Shown here: piece by piece, positions 19,830-28,231 of the stretch
Layout of the letters: each line of letters begins with the position of its first letter
Position numbering within the stretch: position 1 is the stretch's first letter
Assembly (NCBI GenBank): GCA_965212055.1
Contig: OZ243041.1
Span: 608,001 to 672,000, forward strand
From: Fidelibacterota bacterium
GTDB taxonomy: Bacteria; Fidelibacterota; Marinisomatia; Marinisomatales; Marinisomataceae
Reading direction: 5' to 3'
DNA: 64,000 nt
Program-made: the position numbers and the translations under genes
The notes under the pieces: generated by a model
The model's input: only the letters and a program-made list of their open reading frames with translations
Told to the model about the DNA's origin: nothing
Database searches by the model: none

Positions 19830-20793
19830 ATTGTTCAACACCACTAATTTTACCTTCAAGGTCAAAAAAGAATAATTCTACTAAATCTTTTTCCCATACT
19901 GTCCCATCTTTCATTACTCTTTTCTCTGTAGAATATACAGTAACTCCTGATTCTGGATCAGTATCATATATCTTAAGTGGAGTCATAGAAAACGGTGTCC
20001 ACTGTACAGACTCTAGACTATCAAAAATAGATTTCATATCTTCGCTAGTTCTTTGAGAAGTTCCGCCAGTCGCTGCTCTAAAAGTCCATTCATCTGCAAA
20101 ATACCCAGCAACAGCTTCTCCATCCATATTATTGTAATCAGCAAAAAACTGTTCTAGAATTTGCACTTCTCCCCTATTAGAAAAAACAAGTGGTCTACCT
20201 GAATATTCAGATTCAGTTCTTCCGAAATATTTCCCACCTACCGGTAATCCATGATCAGTACTTCCGTCCCATCGATGTGAATGCCATTGACTAAAACCGC
20301 TAATCTTTCCATCAGAATCATTCACAGCAAACACTTCCATCAAATCAATGGTTTCTTTAGAACCATTTTTCCATACTCTATCTTCAACAGACCAACTTAA
20401 AACAAGTGTTCTGTCATCTTCTTGCAATCTAACTGGAATTATAGCCCACGGGTTCATTGACAAGGTTTCCATTGATTCATGCCATTGTCTTGTTCCGTTT
20501 ACTCTAGCTTCTGTTTTAAAATCATCAGAATAATAAGAAAGTTCCTTATCAGAATCTTTAGCATTATAAGCTGCGACTGATTCTAGAACTAAGTTCATAG
20601 CATCATCGCTACCTAAAACATACGCATTACCTTTCAGTGTTTCATTCTTGGGATGTGTGCTTTCTGGATTGCCCGTGAATTTACCAGCAGAAGCTACATT
20701 ATCCAATTGCACCGGACCCGGATTAAGACATAATGTGGCCACTACAATCAAAGCAATCGTAATTAAAAGTATCAAATTATTATTTAGTTTCAT
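19804..20793 (-). CDS. Membrane-anchored or exported protein with two tandem NTF2/SnoaL-like domains
   Basis: Visible internal duplication (AYNAKD/DYNNMD; EDRVWKNG/EKRVMKDG; DLMEVF...GKISGFSQW/DLVELF...GKISGVEQY). Good SD sequence GGAGG. Confidence 0.7.
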   Translation of the reverse strand: MKLNNNLILLITIALIVVATLCLNPGPVQLDNVASAGKFTGNPESTHPKNETLKGNAYVLGSDDAMNLVLESVAAYNAKDSDKELSYYSDDFKTEARVNGTRQWHESMETLSMNPWAIIPVRLQEDDRTLVLSWSVEDRVWKNGSKETIDLMEVFAVNDSDGKISGFSQWHSHRWDGSTDHGLPVGGKYFGRTESEYSGRPLVFSNRGEVQILEQFFADYNNMDGEAVAGYFADEWTFRAATGGTSQRTSEDMKSIFDSLESVQWTPFSMTPLKIYDTDPESGVTVYSTEKRVMKDGTVWEKDLVELFFFDLEGKISGVEQYAREISAE

Positions 20794-20824
20794 CTATATC
20801 CTCCATTTCGTCTAACATTTTAAA

Positions 20825-20859
20825 TAAAATATACCAAGATTGCACTAGGTAATATTTTA
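20825..20859 (-). terminator. Imperfect AT-rich hairpin immediately 3' of tRNA-Ala (weak terminator or operator)
   Basis: TAAAATAT-ACCAAG-attgca-CTAGGT-a-ATATTTTA inverted repeat; T-rich tail on the minus strand. Confidence 0.35.
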
Positions 20860-20862
20860 GAG

Positions 20863-20935
20863 TGGAGCCGATCGGGATCGAACCGACGACCTCATGAATG
20901 CCATCCACGCGCTCTCCCAACTGAGCTACGGCCCC
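20863..20935 (-). tRNA. tRNA-Ala(GGC), CCA not encoded
   Basis: Reverse complement GGGGCCGTAGCTCAGTTGGGAGAGCGCGTGGATGGCATTCATGAGGTCGTCGGTTCGATCCCGATCGGCTCCA; G3:U70 identity pair and anticodon GGC. Confidence 0.96.
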
Positions 20936-20942
20936 AAATTGT

Positions 20943-21593
20943 TTATAAATTTAACTTTTCCCAGTCTTTGTTAAACTGGGCAATTCCTTGATCGGTTAAA
21001 TCATGGTTATACATCTCTTCAAAAATTGATGGTGGTAGTGTAACAATATCAGCTCCTGCTTTAAAAGATTCGCTCACATGATTAAGATTTCTAATTGAAG
21101 CAGAAAGTATTTCAGTTGAAATTCTCTTCGATTGATAAACCTTATTAATAGCTTCTAATAAACCAATTCCGTCAATATTATTGTCTTCACATCTTCCGAC
21201 AAATGGAGAAACATATGTGGCTCCTGCTTTTGCAGCTAAGATTGCCTGTTCAACAGAAAAAATTAATGTAACATTTACTGGAATACCCTTATCAGAAAGC
21301 ACTTTACATGCTTTTAATCCTTCAACGCTACAAGGAACTTTGATTGTAATATTTTTATTAATGGGATGATAGTCTTTTGCTTGTGATACCATCTCTTCTG
21401 CTGTATCACCTACTACTTCAGCACTAATACTTGCATGTTCTGAAAAAAGACTAGAAATCTCCTTAATAACTTCTACAGGATTTCTTCCTGCTTGCATCAT
21501 TAAAGTAGGATTTGTAGTTACACCATCAATCAGCCCTGTTTCACAGTGCTGACGAATAACATCTACGTCTGAAGTATCAAGAAAAATTTTCAT
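20943..21593 (-). CDS. tal: Transaldolase (TalC/FSA family, transaldolase-type)
   Basis: MKIFLDT, GVTTNPTL and IKVP Schiff-base Lys. SAEV (Glu) and YVSPFVGR (Phe) favour transaldolase over FSA. Start 21593 preferred over track start 21629. Confidence 0.9.
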   Translation of the reverse strand: MKIFLDTSDVDVIRQHCETGLIDGVTTNPTLMMQAGRNPVEVIKEISSLFSEHASISAEVVGDTAEEMVSQAKDYHPINKNITIKVPCSVEGLKACKVLSDKGIPVNVTLIFSVEQAILAAKAGATYVSPFVGRCEDNNIDGIGLLEAINKVYQSKRISTEILSASIRNLNHVSESFKAGADIVTLPPSIFEEMYNHDLTDQGIAQFNKDWEKLNL

Positions 21594-21648
21594 AATCCAA
21601 CAATTTAATAAAAATTTTTGTAAATACAATTTTTATGTAAATTGATTA

Positions 21649-21864
21649 GTGAAACGTTTCATCCCGCTTATGATATTGTTTTTTATTGCTTGCGAAGACA
21701 ATGAAAATCAAGATGACTGCATTGATGAGAGTTTAATCAATCCCGATGCAGTATGCCCTACAGTTTGGGATCCAGTCTGTGGATGCGACAATGTGACCTA
21801 TGGCAATGATTGTGAAGCACAAAAAAATGGAGTAACTTCATGGGTTAACGGAGAATGTGAGTAA
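21649..21864 (+). CDS. Small lipoprotein with Kazal-type domain
   Basis: Lipobox FIAC; C...CPTVWDPVCGCDNVTYGNDCEA...GEC Kazal cysteine pattern. Confidence 0.85.
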   Translation: MKRFIPLMILFFIACEDNENQDDCIDESLINPDAVCPTVWDPVCGCDNVTYGNDCEAQKNGVTSWVNGECE

Positions 21865-22063
21865 TATTATGAACTTAAAATCATTTTTATTTTTAATTGC
21901 GATGATATTTTCAGCGGTATCATTAATTCATCTGGTAAGAATTGTACTAAACACCAATGTTATGATAGGCAGTTGGGCCATTCCTATCTGGATGAGCGTA
22001 GTTGTTGTGATTGTGGGAGCTATCATTGCTTGTAAATCATTCAAATTCAGTAAAAATAATTAG
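21857..22063 (+). CDS. Small 2-TM membrane protein
   Basis: Two hydrophobic helices (IF..VSLIHLVR...IPIWMS); overlaps the upstream stop. Confidence 0.6.
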   Translation: MSNIMNLKSFLFLIAMIFSAVSLIHLVRIVLNTNVMIGSWAIPIWMSVVVVIVGAIIACKSFKFSKNN

Positions 22064-22077
22064 CTTTAGGAGGAATC

Positions 22078-22450
22078 ATGAATAACGCTTTTCAAAAAAT
22101 TGCTTTGGGTTTAATTGTACTTGGTATAGGATCTTATTTTATTAGCGAGAGCAGAAGCCCTTACGGCATTCATCCCGTCTATCTTAGGACTTATTGTATA
22201 TGGATTTGTATTCTTAGCTGGAGAAATTTCCAAATCAACACAGACATTTTGCCCATGCAAACTTATTTCTTTTCGCAATGGGATGTATTGGAACCGGTAA
22301 ATCAGTTCCTAAGATTTTCTATTATCTATTTTGTGAAACACCCTTAGAGAATTTTGCTAAAAACCAATTGCAAAATTTACAGCATTTGTATTGTGTTTAG
22401 CAGCCATCATTTTAGGTGTAAAATCATTTGTTGATGCTCGGAAAAAATAA
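22078..22450 (+). pseudogene. 4-TM membrane protein gene with three frameshifts (pseudogene or sequencing error)
   Basis: Strong SD AGGAGG. Joining frames gives MNNAFQKIALGLIVLGIGSYFISESRS / LTAFIPSILGLIVYGFVFLA / EKFPNQHRHFAHANLFLFAMGCIGTGKSVPKIFYYLFCETPLENFAK / PIAKFTAFVLCLAAIILGVKSFVDARKK*. Shifts near 22158, 22220 and 22360. Confidence 0.75.
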
Positions 22451-22455
22451 TTTTT

Positions 22456-22481
22456 TACTTTTTACCAACTACTAGAGTCAT
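22456..22481 (+). promoter_or_regulatory. Putative autoregulatory ECF-type promoter
   Basis: TACTT-N16-GTCAT ending 8 nt before the ECF sigma ATG; no SD sequence. Confidence 0.35.
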
Positions 22482-22489
22482 ATAACTAA

Positions 22490-23020
22490 ATGCCAGCAAA
22501 AGATCACGATTTGATTAAACAGTTTAATCGCGGCAATCGTGAGGCTTTTAACAGATTGGTAAAAAGATATATGAACGATACCTACAACTATTATTATTCG
22601 ATTACACAAGATCCGTTAGACGCGGATGAATTAACACAACAAGTATTTGTACAGGTCTTTAAATCGTTAAAAAAGTTTAGGTATGAAGCTGCATTTTCAA
22701 CTTATTTATATCGTATTAAAGTCAACACATTAAATTCTTATTTTTCTAACAATAGATGGCGTTCATTTTTAGGCCTTGATCAAATGCCTGAATTAGAAAC
22801 AACTGATGAAGATTTTGACAAAAAAACATTGAGCGTTGAATTATGGAAAGCCATTGAACAGCTTCCAAAGAAACAACGTAGTGTTATTAGTTTGCGTATT
22901 ACAGATAATTTAAAGTTTAAAGAAGTGGGTGAAATTTTAAAAATTTCAGAAGATGCTGCAAAAAATAATTATAGTCATGGGATTAAATCGTTACAAAAAA
23001 TAATGGGTAAAAAGAGATGA
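22490..23020 (+). CDS. ECF RNA polymerase sigma factor
   Basis: Region 2 (DADELTQQVF..., FSTYLYRI..N) and region 4 (LPKKQRSVI.LR....F.EVGEIL.IS). Confidence 0.93.
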   Translation: MPAKDHDLIKQFNRGNREAFNRLVKRYMNDTYNYYYSITQDPLDADELTQQVFVQVFKSLKKFRYEAAFSTYLYRIKVNTLNSYFSNNRWRSFLGLDQMPELETTDEDFDKKTLSVELWKAIEQLPKKQRSVISLRITDNLKFKEVGEILKISEDAAKNNYSHGIKSLQKIMGKKR

Positions 23021-23313
23021 AAACAGAGAACCAACTAGAACAATTACATTACAAAAGCAATGCATCAATTGATTCCGATGCCTTTCTGACAAGATTAAAC
23101 AATAAAATTGATGAAACTGATTCAAATCGAGGACGCAATCAAGGTTTGATTCTCTCATCATTGGCAATTGTTTTAATGCTTTTTATGATGCCAATACAAG
23201 AAGATTTAGATGATTCTATGGAAATGTATGGTCAATACCTAAGTGACTATGGAACCGATACATATGAGATGATTGCATTATTATCTGAAAATGACTTAAC
23301 TTTCGAACAATAA
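23017..23313 (+). CDS. Probable single-TM anti-sigma factor
   Basis: Overlaps the sigma stop (ATGA); soluble N-terminus, one TM helix, short acidic C-terminus. Confidence 0.55.
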   Translation: MKTENQLEQLHYKSNASIDSDAFLTRLNNKIDETDSNRGRNQGLILSSLAIVLMLFMMPIQEDLDDSMEMYGQYLSDYGTDTYEMIALLSENDLTFEQ

Positions 23314-23322
23314 AGGATAGAT

Positions 23323-23901
23323 ATGAGAAAAATACTAATAGCATCGTTACTAATTACTGGATTGTTTGCTCAGGATCGCGGTGAAAGACAGCGACCAGAA
23401 CAAAGAGGTCCAGAAGATCAGAAAAAACAAGAACAAAGAGATAATAGAAAACAAGTGTGGCTGGTAGCAACACAAACAGAGCACTTAAAATTAACTCCTG
23501 AACAAGCAGAAAAGTTTTTTCCATTACAACGCGAATACCACGCTAAAGTAGAAGAGCTTAAAAAAGGACATAGAACAAGATTATCAAGATTAAGAACAGC
23601 TGCTAAAGATGATCGTTCTAAATTTGACGCAGATGCTGCGTTGAAGGTGCAAATGTCTGTAAAAAGAGCAATGTTGGATGAACATGAAAAATTCTTAAAT
23701 AGTGCAAAAAATGTACTTGAAAAAGATCAATGGATGAAACTAATTTACTTTGAGGACACCATTAGAAAAAGAATGTCCGAAGGAGCAAAGAATAAACAAC
23801 AAGATATGAAAAAAATGAGACCAAACAACCACAGACCTGATTCTAAAAGTAAAAGCGGATGGCAACAACGTGGTCGTGGACCTATGAGAGGAACAAGATA
23901 A
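23323..23901 (+). CDS. Periplasmic helical protein, Spy/CpxP-like
   Basis: Signal peptide; LKLTPEQAEKFFP and LEKDQWMKL (LTxxQ-like motifs); disordered basic termini. Confidence 0.65.
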   Translation: MRKILIASLLITGLFAQDRGERQRPEQRGPEDQKKQEQRDNRKQVWLVATQTEHLKLTPEQAEKFFPLQREYHAKVEELKKGHRTRLSRLRTAAKDDRSKFDADAALKVQMSVKRAMLDEHEKFLNSAKNVLEKDQWMKLIYFEDTIRKRMSEGAKNKQQDMKKMRPNNHRPDSKSKSGWQQRGRGPMRGTR

Positions 23902-24911
23902 TGAAAAAAATATTAAGCTTATTACTTATTGCTTTATTTATTGTCTCATGTGAAGACAATGGAATGAATTACTCACATGCAGATTACTTAAAGATGATGG
24001 CAGCAATTAACCTAGATGAAATGGTTGGTTTGGATGCAATAGACGATGATGGAGTACAAGATGAAGATTATGATGAAGTACTATATGATATGGACTTTAC
24101 ATCATCTAGAATAGATCCATTCCCTACCGATGGTTCTGCTGTCTTTAGATTTGGAAGAAAGGTTGAAGATAGAACAAGAGACGTACAATTTGATTGTACA
24201 GATTGTGATGTAGCAATTGCAACTATTACTGAAACCCATTCAGGAACGTTCTATGCGAAGGCATATAACAAAGAAACTAAAGAAGAAATTGATTCTTTTG
24301 AGAAGGCTTTCAGTGAAACTTTTGTAAAACAAGCACGACTTGAAAAGAGAGATAACGCTGAAAATCCTGATGGATATGTGTGGGGTATTACTGCCGTTAG
24401 CATTGGAATTGGTGGATCTGGATCAAAATTATCTGTTGATGAAGTACGAATTTATACTCCAATGGATTCTGACGAAGCAGCATATACCTTAAATGCGTCT
24501 GATACCAACTTAATAGATAGAGAAAATATGCCAAAACTTGCTATCGGAGAATCTTTCCGTGTTGAAGTAAGTGTTTCTAATAGCGATCCTATTTTAGACT
24601 TCAGAGGTGGCGAAGCAGTAAATCTACATATAGGAAAACACAAAAAACATAAAGCACGAAGAGGTCTTCGTGATGGGGTTCAAGCAGATGATGGAACAAT
24701 AACATATGATAATGTATTTGTTAGACATCTCAAAGTTCCTAGAGGTGCTGGTAGCAATTCAAAACATAGACGTCCATTAAAGATGCATTTTGGTGCTTTA
24801 GACTTTGGTACTATGTTAGATTCTGATGTGGATTACCACTCTTCAGTATTGGCTTTTCCATTCCATGTATACAATGAAGGAGATGATCCTCGCGGTACTC
24901 GTGGTGAATAA
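23901..24911 (+). CDS. Lipoprotein of unknown function
   Basis: Start at 23901 (TAATG overlap, SD GAGAGGA) gives MKKILSLLLIALFIVSC with a lipobox. Acidic N-region, DCTDC motif, basic patches. Confidence 0.75.
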   Translation: MKKILSLLLIALFIVSCEDNGMNYSHADYLKMMAAINLDEMVGLDAIDDDGVQDEDYDEVLYDMDFTSSRIDPFPTDGSAVFRFGRKVEDRTRDVQFDCTDCDVAIATITETHSGTFYAKAYNKETKEEIDSFEKAFSETFVKQARLEKRDNAENPDGYVWGITAVSIGIGGSGSKLSVDEVRIYTPMDSDEAAYTLNASDTNLIDRENMPKLAIGESFRVEVSVSNSDPILDFRGGEAVNLHIGKHKKHKARRGLRDGVQADDGTITYDNVFVRHLKVPRGAGSNSKHRRPLKMHFGALDFGTMLDSDVDYHSSVLAFPFHVYNEGDDPRGTRGE

Positions 24912-24930
24912 ATATAACTAAAGATTGAAT

Positions 24931-24958
24931 AAAAAAGGCTACTTCGGTAGCCTTTTTT
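24931..24958. terminator. Bidirectional intrinsic terminator
   Basis: AAAAAAGGCTAC-TTCG-GTAGCCTTTTTT, with a cUUCGg loop and A/T tails on both sides, between convergent genes. Confidence 0.92.
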
Positions 24959-25678
24959 TTAGTCTAAACTATTAACAATCTTTTTAAAACTCTGATTAAG
25001 ATCAGTAATCATAGATTCTGTGTAAGGATTAAATTTTTGAATATCTTCAAACAATTCCCAAGAATCATTACAGGTTTGATTAACTAATTTATGAAGTGCT
25101 TGATAACCAACGGTATCAATATTTGTTTTCTGAGTTCCAAAATCATTTATTACCCGTCCAATCAAGTGCGTAAGACCTTGTGATTTGGCTGCCATCATAT
25201 CATGCTGATCAGCAGTAATTTCTTCTATAATAATATTCTGACTTCCAAAATAAGATTTCCAAAAACCATATCGATCATGTTGATCTCGTACTTTTTCCAT
25301 CATCATTACTGAACCACGTTCTTGAAAAGAATCAGGTCCAAATAACGGATGGGTTGCAATAATATCAACTTCATCGGATAAATGTTCTATCATCATATTT
25401 TTTGGGTGTACTTTTACAGAACAAACATCAATAACTGTCTTGTTTCCTTGTATTTTTGTGGAAAGATCTTTCATTAATTCCTCAAAATCTCTTATAGGTA
25501 CTGCCAAAAAAATGGTATCATTTTTTAACACATCCTCCAAAGAAACAAAACGAACTGATTCGGTTTCATTATTAGAATCAATATCGAATACGTCTACTTC
25601 AAACCCTTTTTGCAATAATTCGTATAATAAATTCCCAAAACGTCCAAAACCAATAATGCTAACCTTATTCATCCCCAT
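24959..25678 (-). CDS. tyrA: Prephenate/arogenate dehydrogenase (monofunctional)
   Basis: IIGFGRFG, DVCSVK, HPLFGP and HD..AA.SQ..TH motifs. Confidence 0.9.
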   Translation of the reverse strand: MGMNKVSIIGFGRFGNLLYELLQKGFEVDVFDIDSNNETESVRFVSLEDVLKNDTIFLAVPIRDFEELMKDLSTKIQGNKTVIDVCSVKVHPKNMMIEHLSDEVDIIATHPLFGPDSFQERGSVMMMEKVRDQHDRYGFWKSYFGSQNIIIEEITADQHDMMAAKSQGLTHLIGRVINDFGTQKTNIDTVGYQALHKLVNQTCNDSWELFEDIQKFNPYTESMITDLNQSFKKIVNSLD

Positions 25679-26240
25679 CCAACCTTTCTACTGCAAGAAA
25701 TAACGTTAAATTTTTCTTTAAATCATGAATATCATGTTCAATGATGTTTAATCCGTACTTTTCTGCACATTGTTTGCTTGCAATTACTGCAACATTATCT
25801 GACAATTTATCCAAAGAAAGATCTTGAGCAGACTTTGCAGTATCATCTGTTTCAACAAGTTTTTTGGACCAAAACTTCTCGGCAAGATAATCTTTACATT
25901 GTTTTAGTGCTTGTTCATGAGAATGCACCTCTTCAATTTCTCCAAGGGATATATTCTCTTTTGCCATAAGATTTTGGCTAATTTCTATATAAAACATATC
26001 AATGATTTTACATTTATTCTCTGCCAATGCTTCTACGCTTTCTATTACAACGCCCCCTTGCGCATTTTCCATCGCAAAAATACCTACATCAATGGTATTA
26101 TCGCTTATGCCATTTAGTACATTCATTGAGCTTACTAAATACGCTAATTCAAAATCATTTATATCAAATTTATCGCAATAAAATTTTGCTGCTTGTTCAC
26201 TAAAACTCCCCTCTAATCCTTGAATACCTACCTTTTTCAT
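25665..26240 (-). CDS. pheA: Prephenate dehydratase, catalytic domain only
   Basis: QGLEGSFSEQAA, ENAQGG, SHEQALKQC, TAKSA and N.T.F motifs; ends with no ACT domain. Confidence 0.88.
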   Translation of the reverse strand: MKKVGIQGLEGSFSEQAAKFYCDKFDINDFELAYLVSSMNVLNGISDNTIDVGIFAMENAQGGVVIESVEALAENKCKIIDMFYIEISQNLMAKENISLGEIEEVHSHEQALKQCKDYLAEKFWSKKLVETDDTAKSAQDLSLDKLSDNVAVIASKQCAEKYGLNIIEHDIHDLKKNLTLFLAVERLDGDE

Positions 26241-26665
26241 TTTGTCTCCAATATATGCTTAATTGCTGTTATGTATCCTTGTTTTCCCTCACCAACAACT
26301 TGGGCCAAACAAACACTTTTTATAACTGAAATTTTTCTAAAATTTTCACGATTATGAATATCAGACAAGTGGATCTCAACAGCTTTCATATTTGTACCAG
26401 CAATTGCATCCCTAAGCGCATAAGAATAATGTGTTAATGCTCCAGGATTAATCACCAGATGATTGACTTCTTTTCTCTTAGAATGAAGAAAATCAATAAT
26501 TGCTCCTTCAGAATTCGATTGAAAGAATTCTAAATCGAGATTCTGACAAATATCGTGATTTTTAATCCAATCATTAATCTCATCTAAGGTATCAGAACCA
26601 TAGATCTCTGGTTCTCTTTCACCTAACAGATTTAAATTGGGTCCATTTACTATAATTATCTTCAT
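26237..26665 (-). CDS. aroQ: Type II 3-dehydroquinate dehydratase
   Basis: NGPNLNLLGEREPEIYG, NPGALTHYS and EIHLS...RE.FR motifs. Confidence 0.97.
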   Translation of the reverse strand: MKIIIVNGPNLNLLGEREPEIYGSDTLDEINDWIKNHDICQNLDLEFFQSNSEGAIIDFLHSKRKEVNHLVINPGALTHYSYALRDAIAGTNMKAVEIHLSDIHNRENFRKISVIKSVCLAQVVGEGKQGYITAIKHILETK

Positions 26666-27729
26666 AAGACACTTAAGCTTTCTTTAATATTGTCCAATGT
26701 TATTTCTTTGCTAATTGTTGCATTTCCAATTTGGGAAATTAAAACAAATCTTATTTGAGATTCTTTGAATTTTTTATCTCTTTTAACAAAATCAATAAGT
26801 CTACTTTCATCTTCAATCGCTAACGAAGGTAATGCAAATAAAGAAAGAGCATCAACGGCTTTGGTATAATCAGATCCATTTAGATTATCCATCTTATTGG
26901 ATAAATAAAGTGCACATTGCATTCCATATACAATGGCTTCTCCATGCAATAGCTTTTTATAGTCAAAATATGCTTCGATTGCATGTCCAACTGTATGACC
27001 AAAATTTAAAATCATTCTTAATTTATTTTCATTCACATCCTGACTAACTACTTCGCCTTTAATCTCACAAGATCTAAGAATAATTTTCTCAAGCATTGTA
27101 TGATCTTTTAATGCAAGGATATCATGGAAATTGTTAACAAGATAATCAAATAAATCTCTATCATAAATCAAACCATACTTGATTGCTTCTGCTAACGACG
27201 CATTAAGCTCTCTTTTAGGCAATGTATTTAAAAAAGATATATCAATAATGACTTCCTTTGGCTGGTGGATTCTTCCAATTAGATTTTTCCCATTTTTCAG
27301 ATTTACACCCGTTTTTCCTCCAATAGCTGAATCAATCATCGCTAGCAAAGTTGTCGGAAATTGAATATGACTAATTCCTCTCATAAAAATTGATGCAACA
27401 AACCCTGAAACATCACCAACTACTCCTCCGCCTACTGCAAAGATAGTGGAAGAACGATCGTATCCCAAGCTTGACATTTTATCACAGATTGTAATTGCTG
27501 TATCAATAGATTTTGCATCCTCCCCTTCACCAATAAAATGAACATCAATCCCTAGAGATTCTAGTGCGGAAAATTTGTCTTCAAAGGCATTATAAATAGT
27601 CTCTTGTGTGATAAGAATACATTTAGAATCGGATTCTTCAACTTTGCTTTTGATAGAGTCTACAAAGCTATTTCCAATACTAATATTGTAACTATCTTTT
27701 CCTAAATCAACTTTTACCATTTTATCCAT
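26662..27729 (-). CDS. aroB: 3-dehydroquinate synthase
   Basis: GGGVVGD, PTTLLAMIDSAIGGKTG, LNFGHTVGHAIE and HGEA motifs. Confidence 0.97.
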   Translation of the reverse strand: MDKMVKVDLGKDSYNISIGNSFVDSIKSKVEESDSKCILITQETIYNAFEDKFSALESLGIDVHFIGEGEDAKSIDTAITICDKMSSLGYDRSSTIFAVGGGVVGDVSGFVASIFMRGISHIQFPTTLLAMIDSAIGGKTGVNLKNGKNLIGRIHQPKEVIIDISFLNTLPKRELNASLAEAIKYGLIYDRDLFDYLVNNFHDILALKDHTMLEKIILRSCEIKGEVVSQDVNENKLRMILNFGHTVGHAIEAYFDYKKLLHGEAIVYGMQCALYLSNKMDNLNGSDYTKAVDALSLFALPSLAIEDESRLIDFVKRDKKFKESQIRFVLISQIGNATISKEITLDNIKESLSVL

Positions 27730-28231
27730 GAATATGTTTGGTTATTGTTACACAATTGTCTTTTATAGAAGAATTATTAGTATCTATTTTTATTGTCGAT
27801 AATGTTTCATATCTAGATTGCCTATCCTCAAAAATATTTTGCAATGCTTCACGTTTATTTCCATTTGATAATAACGGTCTTGAATCATCATGTTCTAATC
27901 GCTGACAAAGACTATCAATTGAAGCATATAAATACACACAGAATGATTGTTTTAATATCTCATGGTTTGATTCATCTAGAACAATCCCTCCACCTGTGGA
28001 ACATACAATACAGTCTTTTAACGCTATTTCTTTTAACTTCTTTGTTTCCTGTTCACGGAATTGAGGTTCTCCATTTATAAACATATCACTTATCGACAAA
28101 TTATGATCCTTTTCTAGTTCATTATCGATATCATAAAATGTCCAATTTAGAGAATCTGCTAATGCTTTTCCCGTAGAAGACTTTCCAGAACCCATCATGC
28201 CTATTAAAAAGATTTGATTAATATTTTCCAC
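27722..28231 (-). CDS. aroK: Shikimate kinase
   Basis: GMMGSGKS, GE..FR..E, STGGG and RPLL motifs. Confidence 0.95.
   Translation of the reverse strand: MENINQIFLIGMMGSGKSSTGKALADSLNWTFYDIDNELEKDHNLSISDMFINGEPQFREQETKKLKEIALKDCIVCSTGGGIVLDESNHEILKQSFCVYLYASIDSLCQRLEHDDSRPLLSNGNKREALQNIFEDRQSRYETLSTIKIDTNNSSIKDNCVTITKHIHG

Noticed and set aside
15641..20935. Intact tRNA-anchored genomic island or prophage
   Set aside because: No catalytic integrase domain, no phage or conjugation genes, and no duplicated tRNA-Gly or tRNA-Ala 3' end found by eye.
20943..21629. Fructose-6-phosphate aldolase call
   Set aside because: The diagnostic residues are Glu (SAEV) and Phe (SPFVGR), which indicate transaldolase.
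22078..22347. 89-aa track ORF as a real protein
   Set aside because: Only the first ~27 codons look genuine; the rest is off-frame relative to the reconstructed membrane protein.
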